Shown here: one piece after another, positions 39,565 through 52,960 of the stretch
How the letters are laid out: each line of letters opens with the position of its first letter
How positions within the stretch are numbered: position 1 is the stretch's first letter
NCBI RefSeq assembly: GCF_009914755.1
Contig: NC_060927.1
Source of the DNA: the human T2T-CHM13v2.0 reference genome, Homo sapiens
Strand: one strand, 5' to 3'
Length of the DNA: 64,000 bases
The notes under the pieces: generated by a model
What the model was told of the DNA's origin: nothing
The model's input: the letters and a program-made list of their open reading frames with translations, nothing else
The model's database searches: none
Program-made: the position numbers and the translations under genes

Positions 39565-42500
39565 ACCTACTATTCAAATGGTGATATAACTGCCTAAGAG
39601 ATCCATAAATCTTTCAATGCCGAACAGTTCAAAGGCTTACACATTCACCTTCCTAAAAGCCAACTGCCAGAGCAAATGATCTAATCAGTCCTTTCTAGTC
39701 CTAAAATAGGTAGGAGCCCATCACACAAACCAGTCTATACAGTAAGTTAAAATTTCACAGTAAGGGTACAGGTTCACATAAACACTACTGCCAAAACAAA
39801 ACAAAAAGAAATCTTTGCAGGGCAGGTAGAAAAAGAACCTGATTACAAAGGTCAGGGCTTTTCAGAAGTGCCAGTGCCAAATGCGCATTTGGACTTTCCT
39901 CTTTGAACACACAAGAAAGTACTGCAATCATCCAACCTATGACCCTGGCTTTCTCAAGATTGCCCGGGATTGAAATGTTTATAAAAACAAAAACAGGATT
40001 TTTGCTCACTGATTTGTCCTTTCTTCCTCAACTAATGTTTCACCATTTCATATCTTTACCCAACTTCTTTTCCCTCCTACCTCAGAGGAAGAAACAGCTT
40101 CTTATTTTCAAGGTCATGATTTCATCCCTTCTCACTTCTTCTCATAGTTCAAATATAAATGAACAGAGATGTGAAGTCTGCATCTGTGTGTATCTCTGCT
40201 TGCCTCAATGTTATGATACTAAACACATCTTTCTGCATCTTAACATTTTTTTTGCTTGTTCCATACCAGCACATATAAATGTGGCTCATTATATTTAAAA
40301 ATGGAAATGTTTCATCATATGGATGTATAAGTTATTTAACCAATTGACACTATTATAAATAACTTATATTATTATTTATCATTATCTTTTATTCATCTGC
40401 AACTATAATATGAACATATATGGTGCACACACACACATATACAATGGCAGTGTTGAACCAATGTATCAACAAATTACACTTTTGAATGGGATAACATGTT
40501 TAAGTATTTATAAATGCAAGAGGCATAGAAAAGCTGCTCAAGGAAAGCTGGCTGAATGTGAAAGAAATAAAATGCCTTAATGGTTCTAAGGCCTTCTAGT
40601 CATCTAACACCTCTAAAAGCTCAGGTCCTATTCTTAGGATGAGCATTCTAACAGGCAAAGTTTCTATGTCTTTCCATGGCTGGTCAATTCTGGAACTAAC
40701 CGGTACTCTCTATTTTGGGTATTATGAATTGGATCTCCCTCTTCTTTTGAAAGTGAACTAAAATAATGTTCCCACTCAGTTACATTTGCTGGGAGGTTAT
40801 TATCTGTTCTAGCATACTCAGGGCCAAACTAAACAAACAAATCTAAAATGGAGTGAAGGGATAACACTAGGACCTTTTTAGATATGCATGGGAAAATCTG
40901 CCTCCCATTTAAATGGTCTTCAATCTACTCTACTACTCTTAGTACCCAAACAACTCTATCCATTTTGTTTCACTTTTCCATCTTGTGTTTTCTTTTAAAA
41001 GCTACATTTAATTAATGAACATATATTACTAATATTATTCACTTCTCACCCAGTAGCACTGTCTACAGAAGTGAATAATGGCCTTCAGGTACATCAGCAT
41101 TTTCTGCTCTCTGTAACTTCACTGCTCCTTAAATCAAACAAACAAACATAGTTGCTTCCCCAGAATAGCATAGATTAGGCTCTCAAGCCTTGCCCTTCTC
41201 ACAATACACCCTACCTTGTTGACATGCTATCTTTGTGCTGCTTTTGTTCCTGTTTATCGCTCAGAAAAGTACTTGTTTATAGAATCCGTTCAATGCCCTA
41301 TTCATCCCTAGAAGTTAAGTGTGTTGAAATTAAAAGGCTCTGCTTGAATTTGATAAGTTAAATGACAGAGGACAGAAGGTTTAAACAGCTTTATCTTAGG
41401 CTCCTATAAAAAGGCCCTAAAATGCAAACATTGTCTCTGACATTCTTCCTGCTTCTACTGAAAATAGATGGCAAGCTTGAACTTCACTGAAACAGCTGTT
41501 TCTGTTAGGATCAGCGTCTCTGACAAATAAAACCACACAGAATGGGGTGGCCCTGAAACAGAAGGCTCCCTGGCCTAATCTCATAGATGCTTCTCTTGGA
41601 GACCTTCCATCCACACAACGTAGGGGAAGGGCGAGAAGGGATGGCTTCCCCTCCAGACTGAACCATTATTTCTCTTGCTATACCTGTCTCCCTTAGTGGT
41701 CACAGCAATTGAGCATATACATTTTCATATCACAAACTATTTTCACAACACTAGAAGAGAATCTTGAGTTCAAAATAATCAGTTTAAGAAACACATAGGA
41801 GATTCATATTATTTGGTTAGCTTAACCTACTTCCAAATCAATCATTCTATTCCAAATCCTCCCGACTGAGTCACCAGCACCCTTTGATAAACAACTTATT
41901 GCTTTGCTGCTGGTTACTCTTCCTACTGCTATGCAAGGTCTGAGTCATGTACCTCAGCAATCTTGACCTTTGAAAAAGAGGAGGCTTTTCTGTCTGGGCC
42001 ACAATTATCATGTTTATTTCAAGTAGCAACTAATCTCTTGTGTTGAGCTCTTACTCGCCAGGGTCCATGAACTCTGCACCCAGAAATTCTCCATACCAGG
42101 GTACAAAGCACCTACATGGTTCTCTTGAGCTTCCATTCTTATAATGTCTCCATCACTCTCTTCCTTCTTAGGCCCTCAAACTCAACCCTACCAAGCTGAC
42201 TCTGAATCTCCCCACTGTGTTCTATTTTATTCTTTAAAAGAATCCAAATAAACTCTGACATTTCTCCCTCACATTCTCACCTTTCCTACTTCACCCTTTT
42301 GAACTCATAGGTTCTCCAAAACTCCTCTGCTTTCCTAACTTTGGTCCCCATCATCAGTCCTCCTGAGTAGTGGGAATCCCAAACTTAAGCTTACTGGTGT
42401 TTTCTTCCTGAAGCCTCAGCATTCCCCAAACTCCAGGTTTATAAGCTGTCAAATCCACCTGAGCTCCTTCTGCAGTCCTGCTCACTCTTCAAGGATCCAT

Positions 42501-43234
42501 GTAGGGTGGGGTCCTGATAAGAAAGACAAGTCACTACAGTCTGTCTTTACAGTACAATTGTAGGCCTAAAGGGCTCTGTAACATGTACTATTGGTGGAGA
42601 CTGTTACCATGGATGCAAAGTCAAATCTTAAACACCTTCACCGCTTATGCTTGTAAAATGGACTACAGGCTAGTTTTTTGCCACCCAAGCAAGGCAACTT
42701 TAGTTAACAAATATGCACCTGGAACCTAAACCAAGTACCACATATTTCTGTCACGTAAGAGGACTGAATATCATAAACACAGCCTTAGGTCAGGAGGGCT
42801 GTGGAGTAGAGTCAGCCTGACTTTAGCGAATTGCAATCTCCCCACTCTGGGCCCCTTTCTTCTTTGTGCCCTTCCCTGATGCCTATCACATAACCCATTC
42901 CTATTCACAACTAAATTATAGTAATAACATCTTAAAATACGATTTTTATGCCAACTGTGGGATTCAAGGTGGCAGAAATGACAATTTGGAGAGGGAAGCT
43001 AACAGCTCAGCCTCATCTGGTGTCCCTGATGAGACAGCAAGGGCATTCACGAAAGGGGAGCCTCCTATACCCTTCCACTTCACTCCAGCCACTGAGAAGG
43101 AGACCTCATCATTCCACCTTCTCTTGTTTAGACTTAGACCTACTAAAAGAAACATATCCCCATTCTTTGCAAAAGTGTTAGGACATGAGAGAGCCATATA
43201 CACAATCCTAGAGTGTAATCAGAAGAGTACCTAG

Positions 43235-43890
43235 AGCGTTACTATAAAGGCATCTCTCCTTTTCTCTCCTCCTATCCTAGATTATTCCTCTTTATAGGAT
43301 TTATCACTAACTGAAATTATAGCATGTTTGTATATGCTGATTTCCTTGTGGTCTACCTTCTCCATCACAGCGTCTGCTCCATGAGGACTGCATCTAGGTT
43401 ATTCACTACTAAATCCTTTGTGTCTCAAACAAGGTTGGCACACTGAGAGCCTGTAACATATACTAGTGGGATGAAAAAAAGAAATCAATCATGTCATGGT
43501 TCTTCAGCTAATGCCATATCAGATATTGTGCAAGAATTTAGAACCAGAGTGGGATAACTATCTCCTTAAACCTATCTTCCACTCCAAATTCCCATCTCCT
43601 TGTTTCCTCCGACTCTCAGATAGTGAGAAAAAGGAGGACCTGGGATGGAAAGAGAAAGAAGAGAAGGGGGGAAAGGAAGCGGAGAGGAAAGTAAAAAAAC
43701 ATTCAAAGCAAAATGTAAAAACTGTTTAGTTTTCCTGATATTTTATGTTCACTCTCTAATCCATATAGGAGAGGAGTCAGGCTCAGTAACTCATAATTGT
43801 CCTCTGTGACTACAGCAGTGCCAGGACAGAGTAGGCGCTCAACAAATATCACTGAAGGAACTGATGAATAAATAAATTAATGAATAAAAA
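43235..43890 (+). mobile_element. Two L2 3'-end fragments
   Basis: GCTCCATGAGGACTG...TTATTCACTACTAAATCC...; CAGTGCCAGGACAGAGTAGGCGCTCAACAAATATCACTGAAG...GAATAAATAAAT. Confidence 0.6.
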
Positions 43891-44350
43891 TTTGAGACTA
43901 CAGTAGATTAACAATAGCAGATTTTACTGCCATGTATCTCTTGCCTCAGCTTTTAGAGTAAAAACAACTCCTCATTAAATTGTTTTAAAGGTACAAAGTG
44001 CTTTGCCATTAGTTGAAATTTTTGTCTGCTTTTGCCTGACTCTTCCTGATGAAAACATATAAAGGCTTGAATACAAAATAGCATGATATCACTATCACAG
44101 ACTAATGTTAAGCATTCATTTTCCAGTACAATAAACAATGTACCAAAGATCGACCCCAATTTTTATACTCGTATTTCATTTCAAATCAGAACAGCATTTT
44201 TGAGAGTATTTTAATGACATACAAATTCCTAAAAATTAAACAAAATGAATTAGTAGATTTAAATTCTTGAAAAGATAGCTTCAACTAAGCTTCTTAACAA
44301 CAATTTCCTTGACTTTTGAAATTTAACGTCAAGCACACTGGAGTTTGAAA

Positions 44351-44422
44351 TGGCTCCAGCATGACACGGCTCCAGCATGACACAACTCCAGCATGACAGC
44401 ATGACATGGATCCAGCATGTCC
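44351..44422. repeat. 16-bp minisatellite, about 4.5 units (yGGCTCCAGCATGACA)
   Basis: Units at 44351, 44367, 44383, half unit at 44399, variant at 44407. Confidence 0.92.
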
Positions 44423-45773
44423 CCAATTTTGTTTATGGAGACTCAAGTTAATTGTACAACTCATGTAGTGCTACAAAATAGTAGATACTTCAAAATAATC
44501 CATTAGCTTCTTGATCAGAGAAACGAACATACAAATATTTACTACATACACAAAATGCTCTATTAAGTCATTCATAAAGAAGTAATAAAACCATATAACA
44601 AGGCAGTATAAAACATGATCTCCATTTTGAAAAAAGATAAAATATTAAACAAGACATGCTATCCTAGAAACACTTTAGCTTTTTGGTATAAAATCCAACA
44701 AATTTCTTACTCCACTCTCCAGTCTTTGCCGTCAGACAAACTATATTAGACTAATCATTCATGTGCATTTTAAATGGTGCCACTTCACTGCTTAAGAATG
44801 CACAATGGTTTCTCGACAGCTTTTGTAAGATCAAATCTATATTCTTTAGCCCTCCATTATTTTGCCCCCAACTTCCATTCACCCTTTCATCCTCTTGTAC
44901 CATTCTCTCAAATACTCTTCATAATATAAAGACTTACACTGACATCTACAAGGATGTACCTGCTGCTGGGGTCAGAAGATTGTGGAAGCCTTGGCAGAAA
45001 AGGCTTCTGAACATAAACAGAAAAGCAATGATACACATGATGCAAATGCACCCAGAAAATCCCATTACTGCTCCCAGGACCAGGAGACAGGGGATGTGGT
45101 ATTAGAGGATTTTCTATGTTGGTATGAAAGGAAATGTTCCCTCAACTTTCTCATTCATATATAAAATGAATTTTAAAAAATAAATGAATCCCAGGCAAGA
45201 AAGACTATGTGTGTTCACTCCCTGGTTTTCTTCAAAATGCAAGATGCGTGGTATTTACATACACTTACAGCTATGCATAATGAATGTGATGGAATTTATT
45301 AGCACAGCCACAAATACAGGGCTTTGAAAGGAAACCAAGAGTAGGACATGAATTGTTCCTGTAATATAATATGGCGCTCCTTTCAATTTTTCCCCACCTA
45401 GAGCTTCACACATAGTTTACAACGATTCTGGCAAAGGTAGGGTATTTCAACACAATGAAACATAACTAAATAACTTGGAACCAAATGCTGTCATTCAGTG
45501 AAGCTATATTCCATCCCCAGAGTAATGACGTAAGTAACCTTCTGGACTGAAAATGACAAACCAAACAATGCTTTCTGAAAATTTCTCATTCATCATTATG
45601 AAACTTTTTTTTTCCCTCGTACCCATCTCCCACACAGAAGTTGGTTCCCATAACACTCACAATTTCTTGTAAGTGTTATTACTTAGTCTAAAAGGTTGCA
45701 AAGCACAGGGCATTTTTCCATCCATTACAATATAAACTCATAAACTCCCCAAGCAAGTAACTGAATTTTACCA

Positions 45774-45797
45774 GTGTGTATGTGTGTGTGTGTGTGT
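45774..45797. repeat. (TG)n microsatellite
   Basis: GTGTGTATGTGTGTGTGTGTGTGT. Confidence 0.9.
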
Positions 45798-46254
45798 TCA
45801 GAAGTAACGCCAGGAACCTGGTCTCTGTTAAGGTCCTTAAACTCCCATGGACTGGCCAGGGAGCACTTTACCAGCACTGGCCCAGACATTAGCCAAAGGC
45901 AGAAAGGGGAGGGAAAGACATGAGGGAGGAAGACAAAGAAAGGGAGGCAAAGCAGACACAAAAATTTAAGACAGGAAATTTAGATTATCAAGAGACAGCA
46001 CTCTGTTTACGCCTCAAATGGGTCATACATCTAACAGTTACAGATAGTCACAAAATGGTTTAATACTGAATAACTGTAATATAAAAGCAGTATTAGCATG
46101 AATCCAGTGGTTGCTCTGAAAACAAGATATAGTTAATAATGTTTTATTTCACATGAAAATGCCTTCACATATTATGCAAATTTGAAACTTAAACCTCAAA
46201 AAAACACAGCAGAAATGGTGAATTCTGTCAGCATGGTAATGTATTTTATACACA

Positions 46255-46600
46255 GTTTTGGCTAAGTGTGACAGAATAATACTATCTGATGCTGATGTTT
46301 ATTTCCTTCTCGCCTAAGCAAAGCAGCTCTAGTCTATGGAGAAGTCAAGGACTTAGGCTCCTTCTCCCATCCCTGTTCCATCACCCTCCTTCACATGGTT
46401 GAGATGACTCATAACCCTGTTCACATTCTAGCCAGCAGGGAGCAGGAAAAAGGGGAATGAGCGGGCATGTGGCTTCCCTTTAAGGGCATGATCTAGAAGC
46501 TGCACAGCTCACTTCTACTCACATCCAATTCATCAAAACTTGCTCACAGGGCCACATCAGCAACATGTGAACCCAGGAAATGCTATCTTTACTATGGATG
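46255..46600 (-). mobile_element. Old MLT1 (J/K-like) MaLR LTR fragment
   Basis: GTTTATTTCCTTCTC...AAGGACTTAGGCTCCTTC...CACATTCTAGCCAGCAG...CACTTCTACTCACATCC...GGCCACATC. Confidence 0.6.
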
Positions 46601-47664
46601 GATAACAATGGGGAAATATATAATGATAGGAAAGGGACAAAATGGATTTTGGAGGCAATTAGCAATCTTTAATACAGATGTCAAAGGAAACGACAAAACA
46701 ATTTTCATTAAATATTAAATGCTGTTTCACTGAGTGGACTAAACTAAGTTAGAATAAGATTTTTAATTTTTGTCTTTTCTTAAAGGAGAAAATATTAAGA
46801 TAGATGCCAAAATACTTGAAAGTTAAGATTATATGAAATACTAAACATTTTCTAAACTAACAAAATAAGTATCTTTTCAAATTTTAGTTCCACACATTTT
46901 TTTAGCACAAAATAGAAAAGAAATAAATATGCACTAATAAGTTTAAATAATTTCACTCTTGACCCTAGGGCAAAATACTATCTTTCCTTGAGTCATATAT
47001 TTGTAAGAGAGATGATTATACATAAAATATAAACTGAAATAATTTTACAAATAAACTTTATTTTTCAAACACAACCTACTCGATTTTAACAAGAAACTGT
47101 AGGTCTAAGGAGCTCAGCCCTGAGTCCAGAAAGGTCAAAGGAAGTTTTATACAACGTTCTCTTGGGACATTTCATGACATCACCTACAAAGACAGTTCAA
47201 GAAGGTGAGAAAACATTTTAACCACAGTGGAACAGAAGCTTCTAGGGAACCTCTATACCACATTTCTAGACCAGAATATTTAACATATATAATTTGCCAC
47301 AATTCTTTTTAAGTTACAGTCTTTCTTCTTCCTAAATACAAAAAAAAAAAAATTCATTAACAATCAATTTTGTTTTTTTAATCCCCTGTCCTCCCGTGTA
47401 ATGAATGCTGATGAGATCCTGAAATATTCCCCAAAGTAATGAAAAAAAATTAAAAATGCCCAGTTCATATAGCTCCTAAAATATGCCTCCTTTTAGGAAA
47501 TACAAGTTACTTTTCTAATCTGGTTTTGTAGCTTATGAAAAAAATAAACATTCTTGAATACACAGGTAAAATAAACGTAACGAATACTGTTTGTCTTTCC
47601 ATAAAGATGTTTTGTCACAATAAAGGCAAGAAGATCAACTCTCACACACAAAACTGCAGCTATC

Positions 47665-47954
47665 AGCTGGGTGTGGTGACTCATGCCTGTGATCTTGACG
47701 CTTTGGGAGGCCAAGGCAGGAGAAATGCCTGAGCCCAGGAGTTCAAGACCAGCCTAGGCAACATGGCGAGACCCTGTCTCTACAAAAAATTTAAAAATCA
47801 GCCAGGCATAGTGGCATGTACCTGTAGTCCCACCTACTTGGGAGCCTACTTGGAGACTGAGGCAGGAGGATGGCTCAACCTAGTAAGTACAGGCTGCAGT
47901 GAGCTGTGTTCATGCCACCACACCATAGCCAGAGCGACACAGCAAGACCGTCCC

Positions 47955-47983
<29 letters not shown>
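47665..47983 (+). mobile_element. Alu (AluJ-like)
   Basis: TGAGCCCAGGAGTTCAAG...GGCTGCAGTGAGC; A29 tail; 14-bp TSD AAACTGCAGCTATC at 47651 and 47986. Confidence 0.97.
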
Positions 47984-47985
<2 letters not shown>

Positions 47986-50900
47986 AAACTGCAGCTATCT
48001 TCATAATATGGAGGAAGATTTCTTCCAAAATCAAATTTTTCTATTTTTCTTCTACATTATTATACTTTTGAAACATTTCTTTATATTTCTAGTTAATTAT
48101 CCTACTGCAAGAGAAATTCTTGCTATTGAAAGCCATGATAAGAAGTGTAAATCATCTATTACATATATTTGAAGTGGTATCTTCAAATAGTTTTAATTTA
48201 AGGGGATATCTCATTTCATATGTAATTAGTCAGCACATGTATAAACCCAAGGATCCCAACTGTCAGATGTATTTTATTTGCTTCCCTTTTCACTAGAATG
48301 CTTACTCTGGGGAATTCCAATGCCTTAGGTGTTATAAATGAGAACAAAGAAGAAGGAGTGATGCAGAGTTATCACACTTTCTACCTCCTCCCCTGCCCCT
48401 GCCCCAGTAATGCATTGCTGCCAACATCAAAACATCTTGGAAGGCTGTCCAGGGTATCGTTACCTTACAAATCCCCATGAACCATGATGAGAAAAGCCTA
48501 CTATTAATAAATAAATAAAGCCACGTAATAGGTGTCCAAAATTGCCTAATAAGATTGCCCATTGTTTATATGACAGACATTTAGATCCTTGTACTCTGTA
48601 CTTAATTTCCTACCAGAAGCAATATTTCCTATCAAAGACTTTTCCTTTGTTGTATGTAATAATTTCCCCTGACTCAGCACTATAAGGATCTGAATGTTTT
48701 TCTTCTGTTACAGGAAGCGTTGGTAACCCGGATACAGAATCAATCTTATAAAGCATCATATAACAAGAAAGATCAGTCAGACTTAGTCATGAAAGACAGG
48801 AGCCAGATTAAAAACTAGGTATTTTTTGTTGTTGTCTTAAAAGACCAATTTCTGTATCTAAAAGTTTGTTTCCAATAAATAAGTAAATAATTTACAGTCT
48901 AATATTAAGTTGTAAAGTTTAAAAACAGTAAAAATCTGTTTATATAATTTCAGAAACAGAGCCATTATCAAGTAAGAAAGTAAGACACATGCCATGTAAT
49001 GGAAAGCTTATCTAAAGAGTAGCCTAATGTGAAGTACAATGTCTACTTCTCCTTCAATTAAAGCACAATGAACCAAAAACCACCAAATTTATGTCAAACT
49101 CTGTTCTCAAAAGTTGGTCAATTCATTCATTCAGATATTAACTGATTGCACATTGTCCATATAGCATGTAGTCTAGTGTAAATATAAAACATGGGAAGCA
49201 CCAAAATTATAATTCAGTGACACCAAACTTCTAAGTGACTAGAACTTAGCTGAGGAGACACGGCTGACATGAAATATCCAAAATGCAAAACCTTGTCATT
49301 TAAATACGAAATTGCATGGTAACCAGAGTAACTTCCTTTCTTGTTTTATTTTTTCTGATATATACTTCCCCCAAACCAGACCATACACATAACCATGTTC
49401 ATGGTTGAAAAATCAGAAGAGCAGAAGAGAAAAAGTGTAAAAATGAAAACACAATCCTTCAATTCCTCCACTCCTGAGATATCCAGCACCAAAGAACCAC
49501 AATACAATATGCTTTCACATATTGTATTCTAAGCTAGGCGTATACTCCCATTCCTTTAAAATATCTTCCATGACATCTTTTCCTGCCTGTATCTCCTACC
49601 TGAGCATTAGCTTGGGGAATAGCTCAAATACATTTCCCCATTGAAAGGATGGGGATCTCCAGGTGGGCTCAGACCGCCAGGCGGGCTCAAATGCCATCCT
49701 CCGTGATTCCTGAAAATTGTGAGCTTCCCTCAAGTAGAAATGAGAACCTGAAGCATCAAGATAGAACTGTCTCTACACCACCAACTACAATGTTCTGACA
49801 AAAAGTAAAAGCTAAAAAATGCTCAAGTTCTAGCACTTGATTATTCAGAAAATGCTTCAAGAATGAGAACTTCAATTATACTTTGAAAGACAGTTAAAAT
49901 TTGTTGGGGGAGAAAATAAATCATCAGAAAATATTCACAATACTAACTGTGACAACCTATTTGATAGGATGGTCAAAAAAGACCCATCTAAGGAGGTGAT
50001 ATTTATGCTTAGATCTTTATCCCTCCCCTGAAAATATGTAGAATCAAAAGAAAAACTTTTCAGGAAGGCAAAGCAATTTGAGGAGGCAACAAGTAGAACA
50101 TACCTCAGAACTGAAATTAGACAAGTGAGGCTGAAGTTTAAATGTTATTCAAGAGTAAGCAAGAAAGTCACACATTATGTTTTTTAAATTATTTCCAATT
50201 AAGGGAACCAAATAAAAATACACAGAGGGATACTGAACAGTTAAGAAAAGAAGGTTGCAGCCAAAATGCTAGTCAAAGTAGTTTCAGGTTGATACAACAG
50301 GAAATTTTAAAAAAAAATTTAATTATATTAAATAGAGCTGGCATAATATAATTATTAAAGCAATGGATGAAAATTCTTTAAAGAAGGTATAAGGTAATGC
50401 CCGAATACTACTCACCTATTTGATGAAAACAGATGTGTACCATAAAAAGATTCCCATATACAATATACGACCCATATACAACTAAGAAACTACCCCAACA
50501 GCACCTCTGTTATAGCAATTTTGAAATTTTAATGTCCACTAAGAAGAAAATATAACATGAATCAGGATAAATAACAAACATCAGGTTCCAATTATGTGCT
50601 TCTCAGTAAAACTTTTAAATATGCTAATCTTCAGCAGTTAATGGACAACAAATAACGTGGAAAGTGGTTTTACTTGTAACTCTGATACTTCAGTTATATA
50701 CAAAAACAGATTCTAGATGCTGATTCTAATTATGGATCAGCAGGCAAAAGAATGATGCATGTGGCTGTAAGACCCTTTTCATCCTTTTTAAAATGTCACA
50801 TGAAAATACAATCCACAGCTGATTAAAATAAATACCTCTCAACCATACCAGATTGACAGGTCCAGCTTAAGTTTCTCTGGCTTTATCACTATTAAATTTC

Positions 50901-51044
50901 TTTTTCCATCTCCAGAAAGAAAACAAAACTGAACAAAACAAAAACGAACCATCAAAGCTCTTGTCCATATAAAGGTCTAACAATGCCTGCCAAGTTTTAT
51001 GGTGCTCACTAAATAGGATGTAGCTCAAGATGAGTGCATTATCT

Positions 51045-51420
51045 ATCCTTCATTCCTTCAATCTGTATTGAGTACCTACACCGTGTTGGAAATGAAGTAG
51101 GCACTGTGGTGACAGTGGTGAAGAAAACGAAGAAACAGAAACTGTGACAAGTACTGGAAAGAACACAGCAGAATACCATGAGATAAAATAATGTGTCAAA
51201 ACATTTAATGATCACTCAGGGAAGGCCTCTCTGAGGAAATGACATTTAAGTTATGATACGAAAGATGTGTTAGGTAGTTGGAAAAAAATCAGGCACATGA
51301 AGCCTCAGATGTGGAGGTCCTAAAGGCCTGAAAAACTGAAAAATGATGTGAGTGGATAAAGAAGGAAGACCTGAGGGAGAGTGTCGTGAAATGAATCTAG
51401 AAAGGTAGATGATGAAGAAA
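51045..51420 (-). mobile_element. L2 LINE fragment
   Basis: TTCATTCCTTCAA...TATTGAGTACCTAC...TCAGGGAAGGCCTCTCTGAGGAAATGACATTTAAG. Confidence 0.75.
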
Positions 51421-52364
51421 TATGAATGATAAACCCTTCATATGAGTAAATAATGCTTTTTGTCTTATTACTTCTCTAGGTTATAGCCATCGCAGTTTCC
51501 ATTCATTCTGATCATATAATCTTGAATAATGAGAATGAATTTGAAGACTAGCAAATATTGCAACTCATTCTGTAGCAAATAATTACAACTCATTCTGCAT
51601 GATTCTGAAGAACATTCCAGAATCCTGCTTCAGGCAGAATAGTGAAGGCAGAACAAATATCTCTCTCTGAGACAGACAGGCTTATTAATTTCTATGATCA
51701 GTTAAAACTAAAGACAAAATTAGAAACTTTATTGTAAAACAAAAACTAGGAACTTTTACTTTTTTTTTACAACTCATTTGGCTTTCAAAGCGACACTCAG
51801 CAAGATATTTTCTCTTGCTGCTTGCAACCAGTTTTGTTTTCTGAATAAGAAATGCTGTTAGTATTTATTTTCAGTACTTAGGGGTATTATAAATATAAAT
51901 GAGTTTAATTCTGGTTTGAAAAGAACTCACATTCTTGGGTATATTCCTTATAATTTGAATAATTTTATTATTAATGGAAATTTCTAAAATTAAATATACT
52001 TTTATTTTACATCATTTAACATCAATAATAATCTAGATTAGATCTGTTTTGAAATCTTGGAACAACACAAATTTTAAAATGAAAATTCCAAACTTTATAT
52101 AAGTTTCCTCTGAGACATTTAAACAATCACTGAAGACCAGTATCCTAAGGGAATTAGAACCTGATAATTAAGTAAAACCTTTCGTTTTAAAAAAAAAAAT
52201 TTGAGAGTAACTATTTTTCCAGACCTTAAGGTTGTCAGGTCCAGAATTAACTTGCCCTCTGAAAAAATCTCTACCTAGCCCATTTTACTATTAATATATT
52301 TTTTAACTGCAAAAAAGACAATTAATTCAACAACCTTAAAAAATATATCAATCACAATTTCCTG

Positions 52365-52655
52365 GGGTGGGGGTGGGCAGTTGAGGCAGTGGATGAAGAG
52401 CTATTGGTCAAAGGATACGAAATTTCAGTTAGACCGGAGACATAAGTTCAAGAGGTTAACAACAATGTACTGTATATTGAAAATTGCTAAGAGGGTATAT
52501 TTTAAATGTTCTCACCAGTTAAAAAAGAAAAAAAGTAAGTATGGGAAGTAATGGCTATGTTAATTAGCTTGATTTAGCCATTCCACAATGTATACATATA
52601 CAGAAACATCATGTAGTACAACCATAAATGTATTTGTCATTTTTAAATAAAGAAA
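52365..52655 (+). mobile_element. L1MA-type 3' end
   Basis: TTGGTCAAAGGATACGAAATTTCAGTTAGA...AAATTGCTAAGAG...TGTTAATTAGCTTGATTTAGCCATTCCACAATGTATACATAT. Confidence 0.85.
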
Positions 52656-52658
52656 TAG

Positions 52659-52960
52659 GGCTGGACACGGTAGCTCATGCCTGTAATCCCAGCACTTTGG
52701 GAGGCCGAGGCGGGTGGATCACGAGGTCAGGAGATGGAGACCATCCTGGCTAACACGGTGAAACCCCGTCTCTACTAAAAATACAAAAAATTAGCCGGGC
52801 GTGGTGGCAGGCACCTGTAGTCCCAGCTACTCAGGAGGCTGAGGCAGGAGAATGGCATGAACCAGGGAGGCGGAGCTTGCAGTGAGACAAGATTGCGCCA
52901 CTGCACTCCAGCCTGAGCGACAGAGCAAAACTCCATCTCAAAAAAGAAAAGAAAAAGAAA
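52659..52960 (+). mobile_element. AluY
   Basis: Diagnostic GAGACCATCCTGGCTAACACGGTG and GAATGGC...GCGGAGCTTGCAGTGAG; inserted in the L1MA A-tail. Confidence 0.95.

Noticed and set aside
42866-43234. 122-aa ORF with overlapping ORFs in other frames
   Set aside because: Non-ATG start, no splice context or recognisable homology; within chance expectation.
44351-44422. Short repeats as a CRISPR-like array (also 24325-24513)
   Set aside because: Head-to-tail tandem units without unique spacers, in eukaryotic DNA.
51549-51597. 24/25-bp two-copy micro-duplication (similar small ones at ~15210, ~19858, ~32895, ~47832)
   Set aside because: Ordinary replication-slippage duplications with no functional signal.
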